This document shows, in pieces, positions 20,008-32,600 of a stretch of 64,000 nucleotides of DNA. How positions within the stretch are numbered: position 1 is the first letter of the stretch; every line of letters starts with the position of its first letter. The notes under the pieces are model-generated. The model was not told the DNA's origin, did not search any database, and saw nothing but the letters and a program-made list of their open reading frames with translations. The stretch is from a virus. The position numbers and the translations under genes are program-made. The stretch lies in the IMG/VR virus record IMGVR_UViG_3300034101_003860, positions 4,041 through 68,040 of that record. One strand, given 5' to 3'.

Positions 20008-21867
20008 TTAATTAAGTTTAGGTAAAATACATCCGTCATCACAAATATAAGCCAAACTTATACTAAAGGAACCATCAACTGGATTTTTAGTATATTGTTT
20101 TTGTGTTAGTATAAAATTTCCGCCCAATGGTAGTTTAATAGGAAAATCTCCATCATCCTCACAAGCTCCACAGCTAATTAATGTATTAAAATCTATTGCT
20201 TTTGGCTTGCCTTTGCATGACGGGTCTGTTCCAGAAATATTCAAAGTCACTGTTTTAGTCGTATAAGTTCCCAATTCCTGTATAATAGGACATTTTTCAC
20301 TGTTAGGCACATTAAAAGTTGCTATTACTTTATTTGGTTTACTAGTTTGTATACTAATTTGAGTAAATTTAGCATTGTTGCCACTTTGACAGCTCGCGTT
20401 GTCGCTATTATATTCTACACTATATGATATAGTACCACTATTATAGTCGTGTGTCAAGTTAAAAGATGCTGGATGGGGAGGGTCTGGTATTATACAACCA
20501 TCTTCTGGAGGACAAACCGGGTCTGGTTTGACTTCATCTGATGTAGACAGGGCTTCATTATCGATACCCAATATGCTTTTGTATTGTGATTTTAAATCTC
20601 TTTTTCCACATTCTCCCAATCCTCCATTATAATCTGAGCTACTATATATTTTATCTAATACTATTTTAGCATTATTATATTTATCATCAGAACTACTATT
20701 AAGCAAAGTTATGGCTCCGCTATTGGGTAGTGTAATAGCCTTATTAGTTCTAATTAATCCTCCTTCTATAAAACCTTCAATATTTCCTTCTATAGAAATA
20801 GTTTTAGAAATTTTACCATTAGTATCTCTAGTGGTTTGTATAGATTTACTAACAGAGTGCTTAGCTGCTGGATCTCCCCAATTTGAATTACCTAAAGTAC
20901 TTTTCACTATAGCAGAATAGCTTGCAGAAAAAGATCCTTCTGATTCAGACACATCGCATGTAATTTCTTCATTATATATTTTATATGACGAATCCCCCAA
21001 AGAAGATAAAAGACCAGTGCTTCCAGGCAAATGAATATCATTTAATCCATCGGAGCTAGTGCAAGGGGTGTATGGGTTCTTAAGAACGTTACTAATTAAG
21101 CTCATTACTTGTTCATATAGTCTATATTGTACAAAATTTTTAGCTTGTTCCCAGGCTGGTAATAATGTAGCATTATTTCCGTCGTATATGTAGTGGTGTT
21201 TGCCTGTGGCATTTATAGAATATTCAATATTAAATGTGGTGTTATTTAAATTTAAATTACCCCCAGAATCAATTGTTTCAATTCTGTCATAAGATTCATT
21301 TTCTCCAAAAGTAAAACTCCAACTGTCGCTAAAGTTTTTGATTTTGAAACTATTAATATCTACTATGCCTGGTTGACCGTCAGGAAAAGAAGTAGGATCT
21401 AAGAATACGCTACCACACGATTCTGTAGATGACATAAAGTCTACTTCTGTAAACTCTAGAGATGCTGAATAAGTAGCAAAGTGTGTCCAGTTGTTATTAG
21501 ATTCATCAAAACTAAAGGATCTTAAAATGCCCCCACGAGCTTCTAAAATAGTAGCATCTGTTTCTCCATTTACTATGCGTAAAACATTTCCATTATTGCT
21601 AAGTATCTTTCTTAATTTATTGATATGATCAACAACTGCTCCAAGATTATAGTTTGTTGGATCTGTGTATTCATCTCCGTAATCAAGATTTCTTAAATCT
21701 AATGCTGTAGCTGATCCAGTTAAATTAAATATATAAGAATATCCTATAATAGTATCGTTACTATAAGTATATTCTGTAGAAATGGTAATATCTGGTGCTG
21801 GAATTAGTCTGTTTTCATCAGATATCGAACCGTAATATATTTTAATATCTGGTTTATATGTGTTCAT
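20008..21867 (-). CDS. tail-tip protein, paralogue of 21871-23631
   Basis: RLIPAPDITIS..IIGYSY, LLPAWEQAKNFVQ, DGSFSISLAYIC shared with neighbour. Confidence 0.7.
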   Translation of the reverse strand: MNTYKPDIKIYYGSISDENRLIPAPDITISTEYTYSNDTIIGYSYIFNLTGSATALDLRNLDYGDEYTDPTNYNLGAVVDHINKLRKILSNNGNVLRIVNGETDATILEARGGILRSFSFDESNNNWTHFATYSASLEFTEVDFMSSTESCGSVFLDPTSFPDGQPGIVDINSFKIKNFSDSWSFTFGENESYDRIETIDSGGNLNLNNTTFNIEYSINATGKHHYIYDGNNATLLPAWEQAKNFVQYRLYEQVMSLISNVLKNPYTPCTSSDGLNDIHLPGSTGLLSSLGDSSYKIYNEEITCDVSESEGSFSASYSAIVKSTLGNSNWGDPAAKHSVSKSIQTTRDTNGKISKTISIEGNIEGFIEGGLIRTNKAITLPNSGAITLLNSSSDDKYNNAKIVLDKIYSSSDYNGGLGECGKRDLKSQYKSILGIDNEALSTSDEVKPDPVCPPEDGCIIPDPPHPASFNLTHDYNSGTISYSVEYNSDNASCQSGNNAKFTQISIQTSKPNKVIATFNVPNSEKCPIIQELGTYTTKTVTLNISGTDPSCKGKPKAIDFNTLISCGACEDDGDFPIKLPLGGNFILTQKQYTKNPVDGSFSISLAYICDDGCILPKLN

Positions 21868-21870
21868 ATT

Positions 21871-23631
21871 TTATCCTTTGCAAGTATATTCTAATGATAT
21901 ACTATATGATCCATCTAGCTTATTGGATGTATAGTCTTCTTTAGTTTTTACCCAACCCTCATTTTCTTGTATTAGTTGATCAAAATCTTTTATGTAAAAT
22001 TTAGGTAAATTATCGCACACATTAAAACAATCTTCACTAAATGAAGTGATACATTCTTTATTTTCTGAAGAAGCTCCGTCTATATTTATAGAAACAGTAC
22101 GAGATGTTTTCATACCTAGTTTTTGTATAATTGGACCACCAGCCCTGCCGGGAATAACGAACTCTTGAATAATTTCTACTGGATCATTTCTTACAATTGA
22201 AATATTAGAATATCCTTTTTTATTGCCATTAGTTGATGCTGTTTGAGTATCATATGCTGCGGTATATCCAACAGTACCAGCATATCCATGATCCAGAGTA
22301 AAAGAGGATGGCTTAGGAGAACTATCATCCTCTTCTTCTCCTTGACATGCTGTATTAACTAATAGTTCTGCTTTAGTAATATTTAATTCAGACTTAAAAT
22401 CTTCTAATAGATCTGTATCTTGTCCCACTTTGGCTTTATAATAGGCTAATGCGTTAGCATATTTAGTTTCTGCACTATCTATTGTAGAAATAAATAAACC
22501 ATTTTTTGGCAAATCAAAATCGTTATTATAATATATAAAACCGCCCCTAACTAATCCTTGAATAGTGCCTTGTATATTCATAGTAACATTTTTAGATTTG
22601 TTGTCTGTAGAAATATTATGAGTATATGTGTGTAAAGCGGCATTTTCTGCTGGATTTACTTCGGGATTGTTTTTTTTAAGAGTAGCATTATATGTTATAG
22701 AAAAAGTACCGTCTGCTTCTGATGTAGAACAATTAACTGTTTCATTATATACATCATAATTAGCGGTTCCATCTCTTAAAGTATTTCCACCAGTAAATAA
22801 TCCATCTGTTCTTGGTGAAGCGGTATCAACTTGATGCAGGTCAGTGAGAGGCTCTACTGGGGAACATCCGTCTTGGTTGCTTGGTAGTATTTGTAATACT
22901 CCATTAATCAAGGCTTTAACCTGATCGTAAAGTTTATCTTGCACAAACATTTTTGCTTGTTGCCATGCTGGTACTAGATTATCATTAACATAATAATTTT
23001 TACCAGTAGCCGATAGATTATATGAGACTCTGAATATATTATTATGAGTTCCATTATAATGCTCATATATTTGATTGTCAATAGTGAAAGACCATTTATC
23101 ATTAAACGTTTTAATTTTATATTTATTGATATCTATCAGATTTGATGATAGGGCAGAAGCGTCAAAAAACGAACTATTGCAACCTATTACTGCGTTGTTA
23201 GAGCAACCAATAAAATCTATTTCATTAAATTCTAGTTCTATAGTAAATGGAGCATAATTAACCCATCGATTTTCTGATTGATTAAAATTTATGCTTTTTA
23301 TAGTACATCCTTTGGCCACTATAACATTATTTCCACTTTGTTTTATATATAAATTGCCTCCGTTAGTATTAAAAATTTCTCTTATATCACCCATATGTTG
23401 AACGGTGTGATTCAATCCATATAAGACCGATCCAGAGTCAACTTCTTTACGTAAAGCATTAGCGTAGCCATTTAATGTAACGCTGTATGTATAACCAACA
23501 ATACTATCATTAGTATAATAAATTTCTGGACTAATTGTGATAGTTGGGGCGGGGGCTAATCTGTGCGACGAGCCGGGTGTTTCACTTTGTTTGCAATAAT
23601 AAACTTCTGTTGTTGCATTATATCCTGGCAT
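21871..23631 (-). CDS. tail-tip (distal-tail-like) protein
   Basis: Directly after tape measure; RLAPAPTITIS..IVGYTY, LVPAWQQAKMFVQ, DGSYSISLEYTC. Confidence 0.7.
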   Translation of the reverse strand: MPGYNATTEVYYCKQSETPGSSHRLAPAPTITISPEIYYTNDSIVGYTYSVTLNGYANALRKEVDSGSVLYGLNHTVQHMGDIREIFNTNGGNLYIKQSGNNVIVAKGCTIKSINFNQSENRWVNYAPFTIELEFNEIDFIGCSNNAVIGCNSSFFDASALSSNLIDINKYKIKTFNDKWSFTIDNQIYEHYNGTHNNIFRVSYNLSATGKNYYVNDNLVPAWQQAKMFVQDKLYDQVKALINGVLQILPSNQDGCSPVEPLTDLHQVDTASPRTDGLFTGGNTLRDGTANYDVYNETVNCSTSEADGTFSITYNATLKKNNPEVNPAENAALHTYTHNISTDNKSKNVTMNIQGTIQGLVRGGFIYYNNDFDLPKNGLFISTIDSAETKYANALAYYKAKVGQDTDLLEDFKSELNITKAELLVNTACQGEEEDDSSPKPSSFTLDHGYAGTVGYTAAYDTQTASTNGNKKGYSNISIVRNDPVEIIQEFVIPGRAGGPIIQKLGMKTSRTVSINIDGASSENKECITSFSEDCFNVCDNLPKFYIKDFDQLIQENEGWVKTKEDYTSNKLDGSYSISLEYTCKG

Positions 23632-23642
23632 AATTATTTATC

Positions 23643-26600
23643 CTATGAGTTCGGGGAAGCGCCCATAGCTCCACCTGTTTTATCCCAAATCTTGCCCATT
23701 GCCTTCTTAATTTCTGATTGCATCATAGTCTCAAAATCTTTCTTTAAGCCTTCAAATGCTGCGGCTCCACTAATTCTCACATCAACAACGTGATTACCCC
23801 TCATTTCTATAACATCAGGGATTGTTGGAAATTCAAATGTTACTAATTTATCCACATAACTAGCAAAATTAGTATTAAATGTATTTAATTTTTCAATACT
23901 AGTTGGATCTATAGTAAGTAATTGACCTTCTGTTGGTGTTGTTGATGGTATTTGTTGTGTTGTGGTTTGTTGGTTTATAAATGACGCTTGAGGAGGCATA
24001 GTAACCGGAACAGGAGCGGATACTACTCGATTAGCCGCATTAGCATTAGCTAGTTCCAATCTGTTTGGAGTAATAGGCTTATCACTTACTTGAGGTTGAG
24101 GAGTAGCCATGTTTTGGATAGCGCCGACCGCATTACCCGCAACATAGCTACCCAAAGCTCCCGCAGGACCCATAGCTGTTTGTAAGGCTTGGCCTGTACT
24201 CATTTCAACTCCAAAAGCTCCCGCTATTGCTTTGATAGGGGTTGCTATAACGTCTAATGCTGTGGCTATCACAGGAGAAATAGCATTAATTGGCGCTAAT
24301 AGTGCGGATACTCCTGCGGATACTTGATTTATTGCTGGAGTAAATACTGAAGCAATAGCTGCTAGTGTTGCATCTTTGGTATTTATACCCTCGGATAATG
24401 AGGCGATAGCCATTTGTTCTAATGCGGCGAACGGAGCTTGTAGGTTGTTCAATGCCTCTAAAACTTTAGCATCACTAACAGCTAATCCTGGTTCTCCGCT
24501 AGCAAGAGAGCCAAGGGTATTCATAGATTCTAATAGAACATCTAGTCTTTCTTGTAATCCAACATCATGAGTATATATGCTTCCGCTTTGTAGTGCTGCT
24601 GTTGCCATTTGAGCAACTAGATCTAGAGGACTTTGTAATTGGGCTACTGATGTTTGAACTCCTTCTGTGGCCGATTTAACTTCTGTGTCGGTTTTTCCTT
24701 CTGCTACTGGACCAGATACCTGAGCAGCATCTAGAGGAGAAGGTTGACTAGTTACTTGACCTTGTTTTTCTTCTGCTGTTTTACTTTGTTCGGCTAATAT
24801 TTGTTTTTGTTTTGCTAGTTCTGCTTGTTGAACAACTAAAGCCTCCTTAGAAGCATCTAAGCTACTTTGTGCTCCTAAAACATTTGGGTTAACAACTTGT
24901 CCACTCTTGTCTTTTAAAGTTCCAGCTCCCATAGCAGCAATTCTGGCTGCTTTTAATTTATTTTCTCTCTTAGCAATTTCTTTTTGTCTATCTGCTATTA
25001 GGGGTTCTAAATTTTTAATTTCTGCGGCAGCAGCTTTTTTTGCTTCTTCTTTTTGTCTAGTAGCTTTATCTTTGACCGGTTGTTCAGTACCCGGGGCTGG
25101 AGGAGCTTGTATGGGTGCTTTTGGAACACCGGCCACTTCTACTTTTGTTTGTGATGGAATAACTACCTGTGCTGATGGCTTAGCAACAGTACCAGCGGCT
25201 ACTCTACCACTACCATCAGTAGCTACTGGCCTACCACCCTCTCTGGTTTGTACAGCGCGATCAATAGCATCTTGTGCTTTAACTTTGTTTGCTTCTGTTT
25301 GTTTAGTTTTTTCTTCTGCTTTTGCCCAATATGCTCTTTGAGCCTCTAGTGAGGTTTCCATTTCTCTAACCGCTTTATCTTTTGCTGCTAATGGGCCAAA
25401 CTGACTAACAGTTTCTTTTCCTCCAGCTATCATTTGTTTAGCTTTTCTTTCTTTAGTATTAACAGCTCTAACTTCTTCTGAGCTAGAGAAGTATCCTAAC
25501 TTATCTCTATCTTTCTTTGCTTCATTTAATAGTGTTTGACCTTGATCTATTTGTGCTTGTCCTTCTGATACTCTTGTTTCAGCATACGACGGTTCTGGTG
25601 GTTTTTTCTCCGGTTTAACTTCTGGTTTTGTTTGAGCATCCGTCTGTGCGTTGGCTGCGGCATTCGCCACAATATTTGGAAAATCTTCTGTTAGTTTTTT
25701 CCCTAAATCCATCATAGCTGCTGCTAAAATTTCTGATTGTGTCTGATATATTTTTCCTAATTCAATGTTTGCTTGAGCTTGTATTTCTGTTGCTTCTCTA
25801 TAGGCAATAACATTAGGATCGGTTTCGTCAATGCCTCCTTCTAATCTTTTAGTTAATTCATCTAATGTTATATCTTTGCCAGCAATATTTTTAACAACAT
25901 CTGTTCCTTTAAACGCTTGGCCAGTAGCTGGATTGATTTGAGATTCAAAACTTTTTCTAATCAATGAGGCTCGTGTTTGATTATACTCATCTTTAGTCAT
26001 AAATCCACGCTCTTGTTCTAATCCAGCAAAAGCATTTTGTCTATTTTGTCTACTCTCAAAAAATTCTGGACCAGATACTTGAGCAGCATTAAGGGCTACC
26101 GCTTGAAGTTCCATCTTGGCTAATTCTTGAGGTTCCGCAGTAAATACCTTTTGTGCAAAGTCCGCAAAACCTTCTATTGCTTGTTGTTGCTCCTGAATTT
26201 TGCCTAAAGCATTCGCGGCCTTAGTGCCATCATTAGCCAATTTTTCTAATGCTTGGCGACCTTCTGCGGATGCTACCGTTAACTCTCCTACAGCTTGAAT
26301 ATTTTCTAATTGAGCTTGATTAAGCTGTTGTCTTAATGGATCTCCTGCTGGACCAGCAGGAATATTAGCTCCTGCTGCGGTTAATTCTGGGCTAGCTTTT
26401 TCTATTGCTTGTTTTCTTTTTTCTGCTGATGTAATTGCTGCGGCAATAGCTGTGGGATCAGATGATGCTCCAGCAGCAAGGTCTCCAGACTGTACTAATC
26501 CACCAGTTAGACTAGATATTTCCGCATCAAATGGTTTATTTAGTTCTTCTAAGCTAGGACTTCTACCAAGAGCTTTAGCAAGATCTAATTCTGCATTTAA

Positions 26601-29600
26601 TCTAACTTGATCAGCCTTCCTGAGATATGATCCACTTTCTAAGATAGCTTTATTATAATCTGCTTGGAATTTTCTAGCTTGTTGTAGCGTATCATTGTAT
26701 TTTTTAGTAACATTTTGTAGCTGTTCCAAACCTTTACCAACTGTGGAAAATGATTTTGTTACCGTGTCTTGTAGTTCAGCTTCTGATAAACCTTGTCCTT
26801 TAGCCAATTCATTTTTGAGATCTCCCAATATGGTATCTATAGCTGAACCTTCTAATCCTTGACTACTTAGTAAGTTTTTAACAGCCTCTAGTGCGTTATC
26901 TTGAGCGTCTGTATCTTTTCCTGCTGTTCTAAGCAAAGCTGGAATTTGATCTTGAACAAGTTTTTGTCCTACTGCTTGATTAGCAAGATTTTGTGCTTCT
27001 GGAGTACCTCCTAAAAATCCTGCTGTTGCGTTTGCTGCTGCTCTTACTTCTTCGGTTGAATAAGCTGAAACGTTGCCTAATACTTGTTCATTTGTTCTAT
27101 TGACCTCTCTAGTACTAGTATCTCCACCCAAACCAGAGACAAGAGCATTTACGTCAGAACTAAACTGGTCCAATTCATCGCTATATCTTTGAGCTTCAGC
27201 GCCTATTCTTCTATAAACATCTAATAAGCTTTCTGTAGCTATAGCAACTTGTTTTGTGGCTTTAGCTAATAAATCTTGTTTAGCTGCTAATTCTCCTTGT
27301 GTTTTTAGTGCCTCTTCACCTTCTTTTTGTGCTGCTCCTCTGTTGCTAGAAATTTCTTTAGCTATCTGCTCATCTGTGGCGCCAGATTCTTTACGCTTTT
27401 TCATATAAGCATCTAAAGCTGCTCGTTCTTTGGCCTGAACAGTAATGCTTTTTGTTTGTTCTGCTGTTAGTTGTTTTGTTCCATTAGCAGCTTCTGCTGC
27501 TTTTAATGCTCCTTGAATATATTGTTCTGTTATGGGGTTCAATTCGCCCGTACCAGTTTTAATATTATCAAATATTTTACCTACTTCTTCTGTGGATTTG
27601 AATTTTAATCCAGATTCGGCGAGCCTAGCAGCAGATTCATTTCTTTGACCGGCTCCTCCAACCATAGATCCTATAGCTTCTGTTCTTTGTGCTTCACTAG
27701 GAGCACTAAAATAGTCAACCAATAAACCTCCTCCAGTAGCGCCAAAAGCTGTTTGTAGTCCTCCTAATACTATCTTACTAATATCTCCTTCGGCAAAACC
27801 AGTGGATACCTTGTCTACGCCTCCAGTAAAAGTTGATCCTATACTTTCAACTCCAGTTTTACTGAACGCTAAATCTTCTATAGGTTGACCGGCTGCTAAA
27901 ACATCTCCAAAAGCTTTTTGAGCATTTTCAAGATTAACAGCACTAGCTTCTGATTCCAGTTTTTTAAATGCTTGATCTAAGTCTCCAGTAGTTTTAGCAA
28001 TATTCTCTAGAGCGTTGGTAAGTATGGCTTGATTTTTACCACTAAAGAATCCTTGAATACCTCCGATAATTGCTCCTCCAACACCACCAATAAGTGTTCC
28101 TATCGGCCCAGCAAAGCTACCCAATTGGGCTCCTATCGCCGCTCCGCTACCAGCGCCTCCTAGAGCCCCTAATGCCCCAGCAGTATTTGGGTCACTTGTT
28201 ACGCTCTTTGGTAGAAATTGTTTAAGAGCTTCCGCACCTGTTGCTACTCCAGCACCAATGCCAGTAAATCCTCCAGCACCAGCAAAAGCTCTACTTAACT
28301 TGCCACCCTTACCACTAATAAAATCAGCTCCAGCTCCAAGACCTTTGCCGATACGAGTTTTAGAAAATTTTTCTGTTAATCCAGGAGCAAATTCTGCTAA
28401 TCCGCCAAATCTTTGACCTTCTTTACTAGATATAAATTGTTGTTCTTTAATTTTTTGTGGAGAAATTTCTGCTCTTAAAGATTGTTCGCTTAATCCTGCT
28501 GCCTCTGCCACTCTTTTAAAAGCTTCGTCTAAATTTTGAGTTTCGGTAAATGTTTTATTAAATACTGCTTGAAGTTCGCTATTAGCTTCTATGATTTGTT
28601 TAACTGACTGATCTCCTTTTGCCAATCCTTCTGCCAATTTTGTTGCTGCTTTTCTAGCTTCACCCAAGCCTAGGTTAGGATCCACTTTACGCAAACTGGC
28701 TGCAAATTCTTCTATAATGTTTTGAACCTTAGATGCTTCTTCTCCAGTTGCTCCTTCTGCTGTGGCTTTGGCCACATCAACACCCTGAAGCTCTCTTGCT
28801 CTACCAGCAAATGTTGTTTGCGCTTCTGTTTTTGCAAATTGTCTTTCTTGTCCGATAGCGTATGCCTGAGTTCCTATTTGTTTGGTTAAATCTTGTCTAA
28901 AGCCACCAACTGTTTTTCCAGCTTTTTCTGCTTTATAAGCAAAAAATTGTTGTTGTTCTTGTCTAATTTGTTCGTTTACTTTTGGCATTCCAGACATTCC
29001 TGTTGCTGAAGCATCTGCTGCTTTTTTAGCGTCATAGAACGGGTCTGCTGCTCTAGCTTTAGTTTCCCTTAGTTGTTCTACCTGTTGTCTTTTTGAAGTT
29101 GCTATTTGTTCAGGGACTTTCGCTTGTTCTGTTTTTATTTCACCGGTTTGAGCCGCTTCTATACTGGCTTTGGTATCTGCTATAGCAGATCTTTGTTGTT
29201 GTATTAAATTGGCTTCTTCTTTAGAATTTTTACCAGCAGCAGCTATTCTCGTAGCATAGAAAGCTCTAATATTATCGACTTCTGTTTGTAATATATCTTG
29301 ATATTTTTGAGTAACATTTTTACGAACTTGTTCCATAGCATCGGCAACTTCTTGATCGGCAGTTTTTTGCAAATCTGATTTTGCTTTTTCTTTATTGGCG
29401 TCAGGAGTATTAGTCGATACTGTCGCTGCTTTTTTTGCCTCCTCTACATCTACTGCTTTTTGTCTAGCCTCTGCTACCTTGTTTGTAGCTTGCGATTTTC
29501 TTGATTGTGTTTCTCCTAGTTGTGTCTCCGCTGCTTTTACTGCATCTTTTGCTGTTTGTCTTTCGGTTTGAGTTGAAGATTTTCCAAGGTTTTGTTTTCT

Positions 29601-32600
29601 TTTTTTAGCTTCTTCTAATTGTTTTTTTGCAGCGTCTTGAGCTTCGGTAGCAGCTTTCAGTTCGTCTAAAGCAGCTTTCTCCTGTTTTTGAGCTGATTCT
29701 TCTCTGTATTTTAGAACTTTACTAGATACAGGGTCAATAGTTGATGATCCACCAAAATCTTCTCTAACCACACCGACAGCTCTTGCTTCTTCTCTTGTTA
29801 GTCCACCTTCTCTAGATTTAGCTGTATATGCTTCTTTTCTTTTTTTGCGTTCTTCTTTACTAAGCCTACCTTCTTGTTGTGGTTTTGGTTTTTTTTGTTT
29901 ATCATTTGGTGGATCTGGTGGGCTTGGTGGAAATACAAAAGATGGTCCAGATGGTGGAGCTGGTGGTAAACCAGATGGTGGAATAATTGGTAATGGAGGT
30001 TGTGGTTTAGGTGTAGATGCAGAAGTGTCTATGTCGGAAGCTTCTAGTCCAGCATATGTATATCCGGTTTCTCCTAAAGTCTTAGCCAATTCTGCCATTC
30101 CGGTTTTAGCGTCGGTTGTAGAGGTTATAATTGCCCTAACTTCTGGACTAGCTTTAGCAAAAAACTCTGCAAATAATTCTTTACCACGTAATAAATAATC
30201 ATTTATTCTATTACTACTTTCTCCAGCTGCTATAAATGCTTCTTCCATTTGTTTTCTAATTTTAGCAACCAATTCGAATTGAAAGGTTCCTTCAATTTCA
30301 CTAGCAGCTTTACCCCCACCCAACTCAAAGTCTGCTAAATGACCAGTTTCATGAGCTACTGTTTCTGTTGTTGCTCCACCTTTTTTACCGGTTATTTTTA
30401 AGCCTATAGCAGCGGCTGATTCTGAGGAGGCAGCTTGTCCTCTTGTATTTTCTGTAAAAGCTGGGGTACCACCCATTAAACTCTCGCCCGGCTCTAAATC
30501 TTTTAATCCTTTAAATTTTTTCAATAAAACTTCTCTTATTTGATCCGGTAACTGAGCCATTATTTGTGCTAAAACAGCGCCAGCTTGCTCTACATCCTGT
30601 AAGATTTCTCCTTGTGCTCTTTTTGCGTCTTTTTTGTTTTGTCCACCTTTAAAGAATTTTCTAACTCCAACACTACCCCCTTTATTTAATCCCAAAGCCT
30701 TAGTAGCTTTTTCTCTTATAACATAGCTACCTGTTGGTAGTCCTATGGGACCAATACTATCACTAGTTCCACTACCTGGCCCATTAAATACGCTAATACC
30801 ACCACCGGCAAATCCTTTCATTCCGTTGCGATCAGCTTGATTCATCTTATCTAATTTAGCGTAACCAATTTTCTTAGCTACTTTTGGAGGAACAAAAGCT
30901 TCTCCATTACTAACCATAGCTGGAACAGTGCCAGAACTTCCTCCACCAGCAAGTTTTTGTACTAAGTTTGGATTATTAATATCTGATGGACTTTTACTAT
31001 ATCCACTTTGTAATATCCATGCTGGGTCTGTAGCTGATGGCCAAGTATCTGGTGGGCCATATAATTTTTCATCTAAAAGTCTACTATTACTGACCCAATT
31101 CTCGGGGTTCAAAGGCGTTTTCTTAACATCAGATCTATTATTAAAATAGTAAGCCCATACACTCTTAGCAGCATCGCTTACTGTTCTTCTGTCTGACGTA
31201 AGCATACCACCAGCGGCTGTAGCAGCCTCCATAACAATATCATAAAGTTTTGGACCATACCCCTTTGTGGCAGAAGATGATTGCACAGCATAGAGCCCAC
31301 CTCCTATGCTATCGGCAATAACCTGTCCAGATCTTGCTGCCGCTGCTTCTCCCTCTTTTATGTATGTGGCTTGTATTCTATTTCCTGTTCTTAAAGCAAC
31401 TTTACCAAAATTCTTTTGTGTTTGGCTTGATGTAGATTGAACCGGTTCGGCTAGTAAGCCACCAGCCGCTAATTGTTCTGGATTCATTAACTTAGCGGCT
31501 AATTTATCAGAATATGCTTGTAATTGTTTGAGATTTCCTGGCTGTTGGAAATTTAATCCACTGTCACCAGATAAGCCACCCTTTGATTTAAGAGCGCCCA
31601 TTAAGTTGTAACCGAAAGCGCGTTTTCGTTTGCTGATTCTGAATTGTATTTCTGGATATTTATCAATTATCTGTTGTTTAATTTCTTCAAATCCTGGACC
31701 ATCAGCTTTGCCTCCGAAAGCAAAATTTTGAACTATATATTTTTGAGCCTCTGCCCATAATCTACTAACAGCACTACTATCATTAGTGCGCTTAGTATCT
31801 GTTGGCATCTTGGGATCGATTCCCCATGTATTAGCAGCATATCCTAAGCCACTAGGATAGTCTATAGGTCTAAGAGGATTAGCGTCATCCGAAGAAATTC
31901 CAATCCCTAATTGTTTAACAATTTCTTCCAGACCATAACCTTCCATAGCAGCTATTGCTCTGTTTGAAGACTGATTAGCAGCACTTATATTTTGTGGTTC
32001 TCTATAAAGATAACCCAATTTACCAGCACCTGTAACGGCTCCGATATTTTCTAAATTATCATCTACTAAAGTTTCCAATTCAGCAAGATTATCTACTTTA
32101 TTCAATCCTCCACTAACTCCTGTGATCTTACTCTCTGGTATCGGTAATCCAAGAGAGGATAATTTTGATGCTAAAAGCGGAGCATTACTTTGTGGTCTGG
32201 CTGTTAGTACTCGTATTTTATCCATTAATTCTGGATAATCTATTAATCTTTTTGCTAGTTCTTTACCCAATAGTGTTAGCTTAGAGTTTTGCAGCGAGTC
32301 TCTAACTTTTTTCAAGTCACTATAGTCTTCATTTTTCTTACCAGGAATATCTGCATCTTTAACAAGAGTTTCATCAAAATCAAAAGCTAATGGACCAATC
32401 GCTCCAAATATATCTGTATATTGAAATTGTTCTGCTCCTCTGGCTGGCAACCCAGCAATATCTTGTTGTATTTTAGATACAGCGTCAGCGTATCGTGTTG
32501 GTAAACTTTTACGAACTAGCTGTGTTAAATATTTTGTGCTTCCATCCTTACCTAATAATTCTTTTGCACTAGTAATATTAGAGTATCCAAGTTCTCCATT

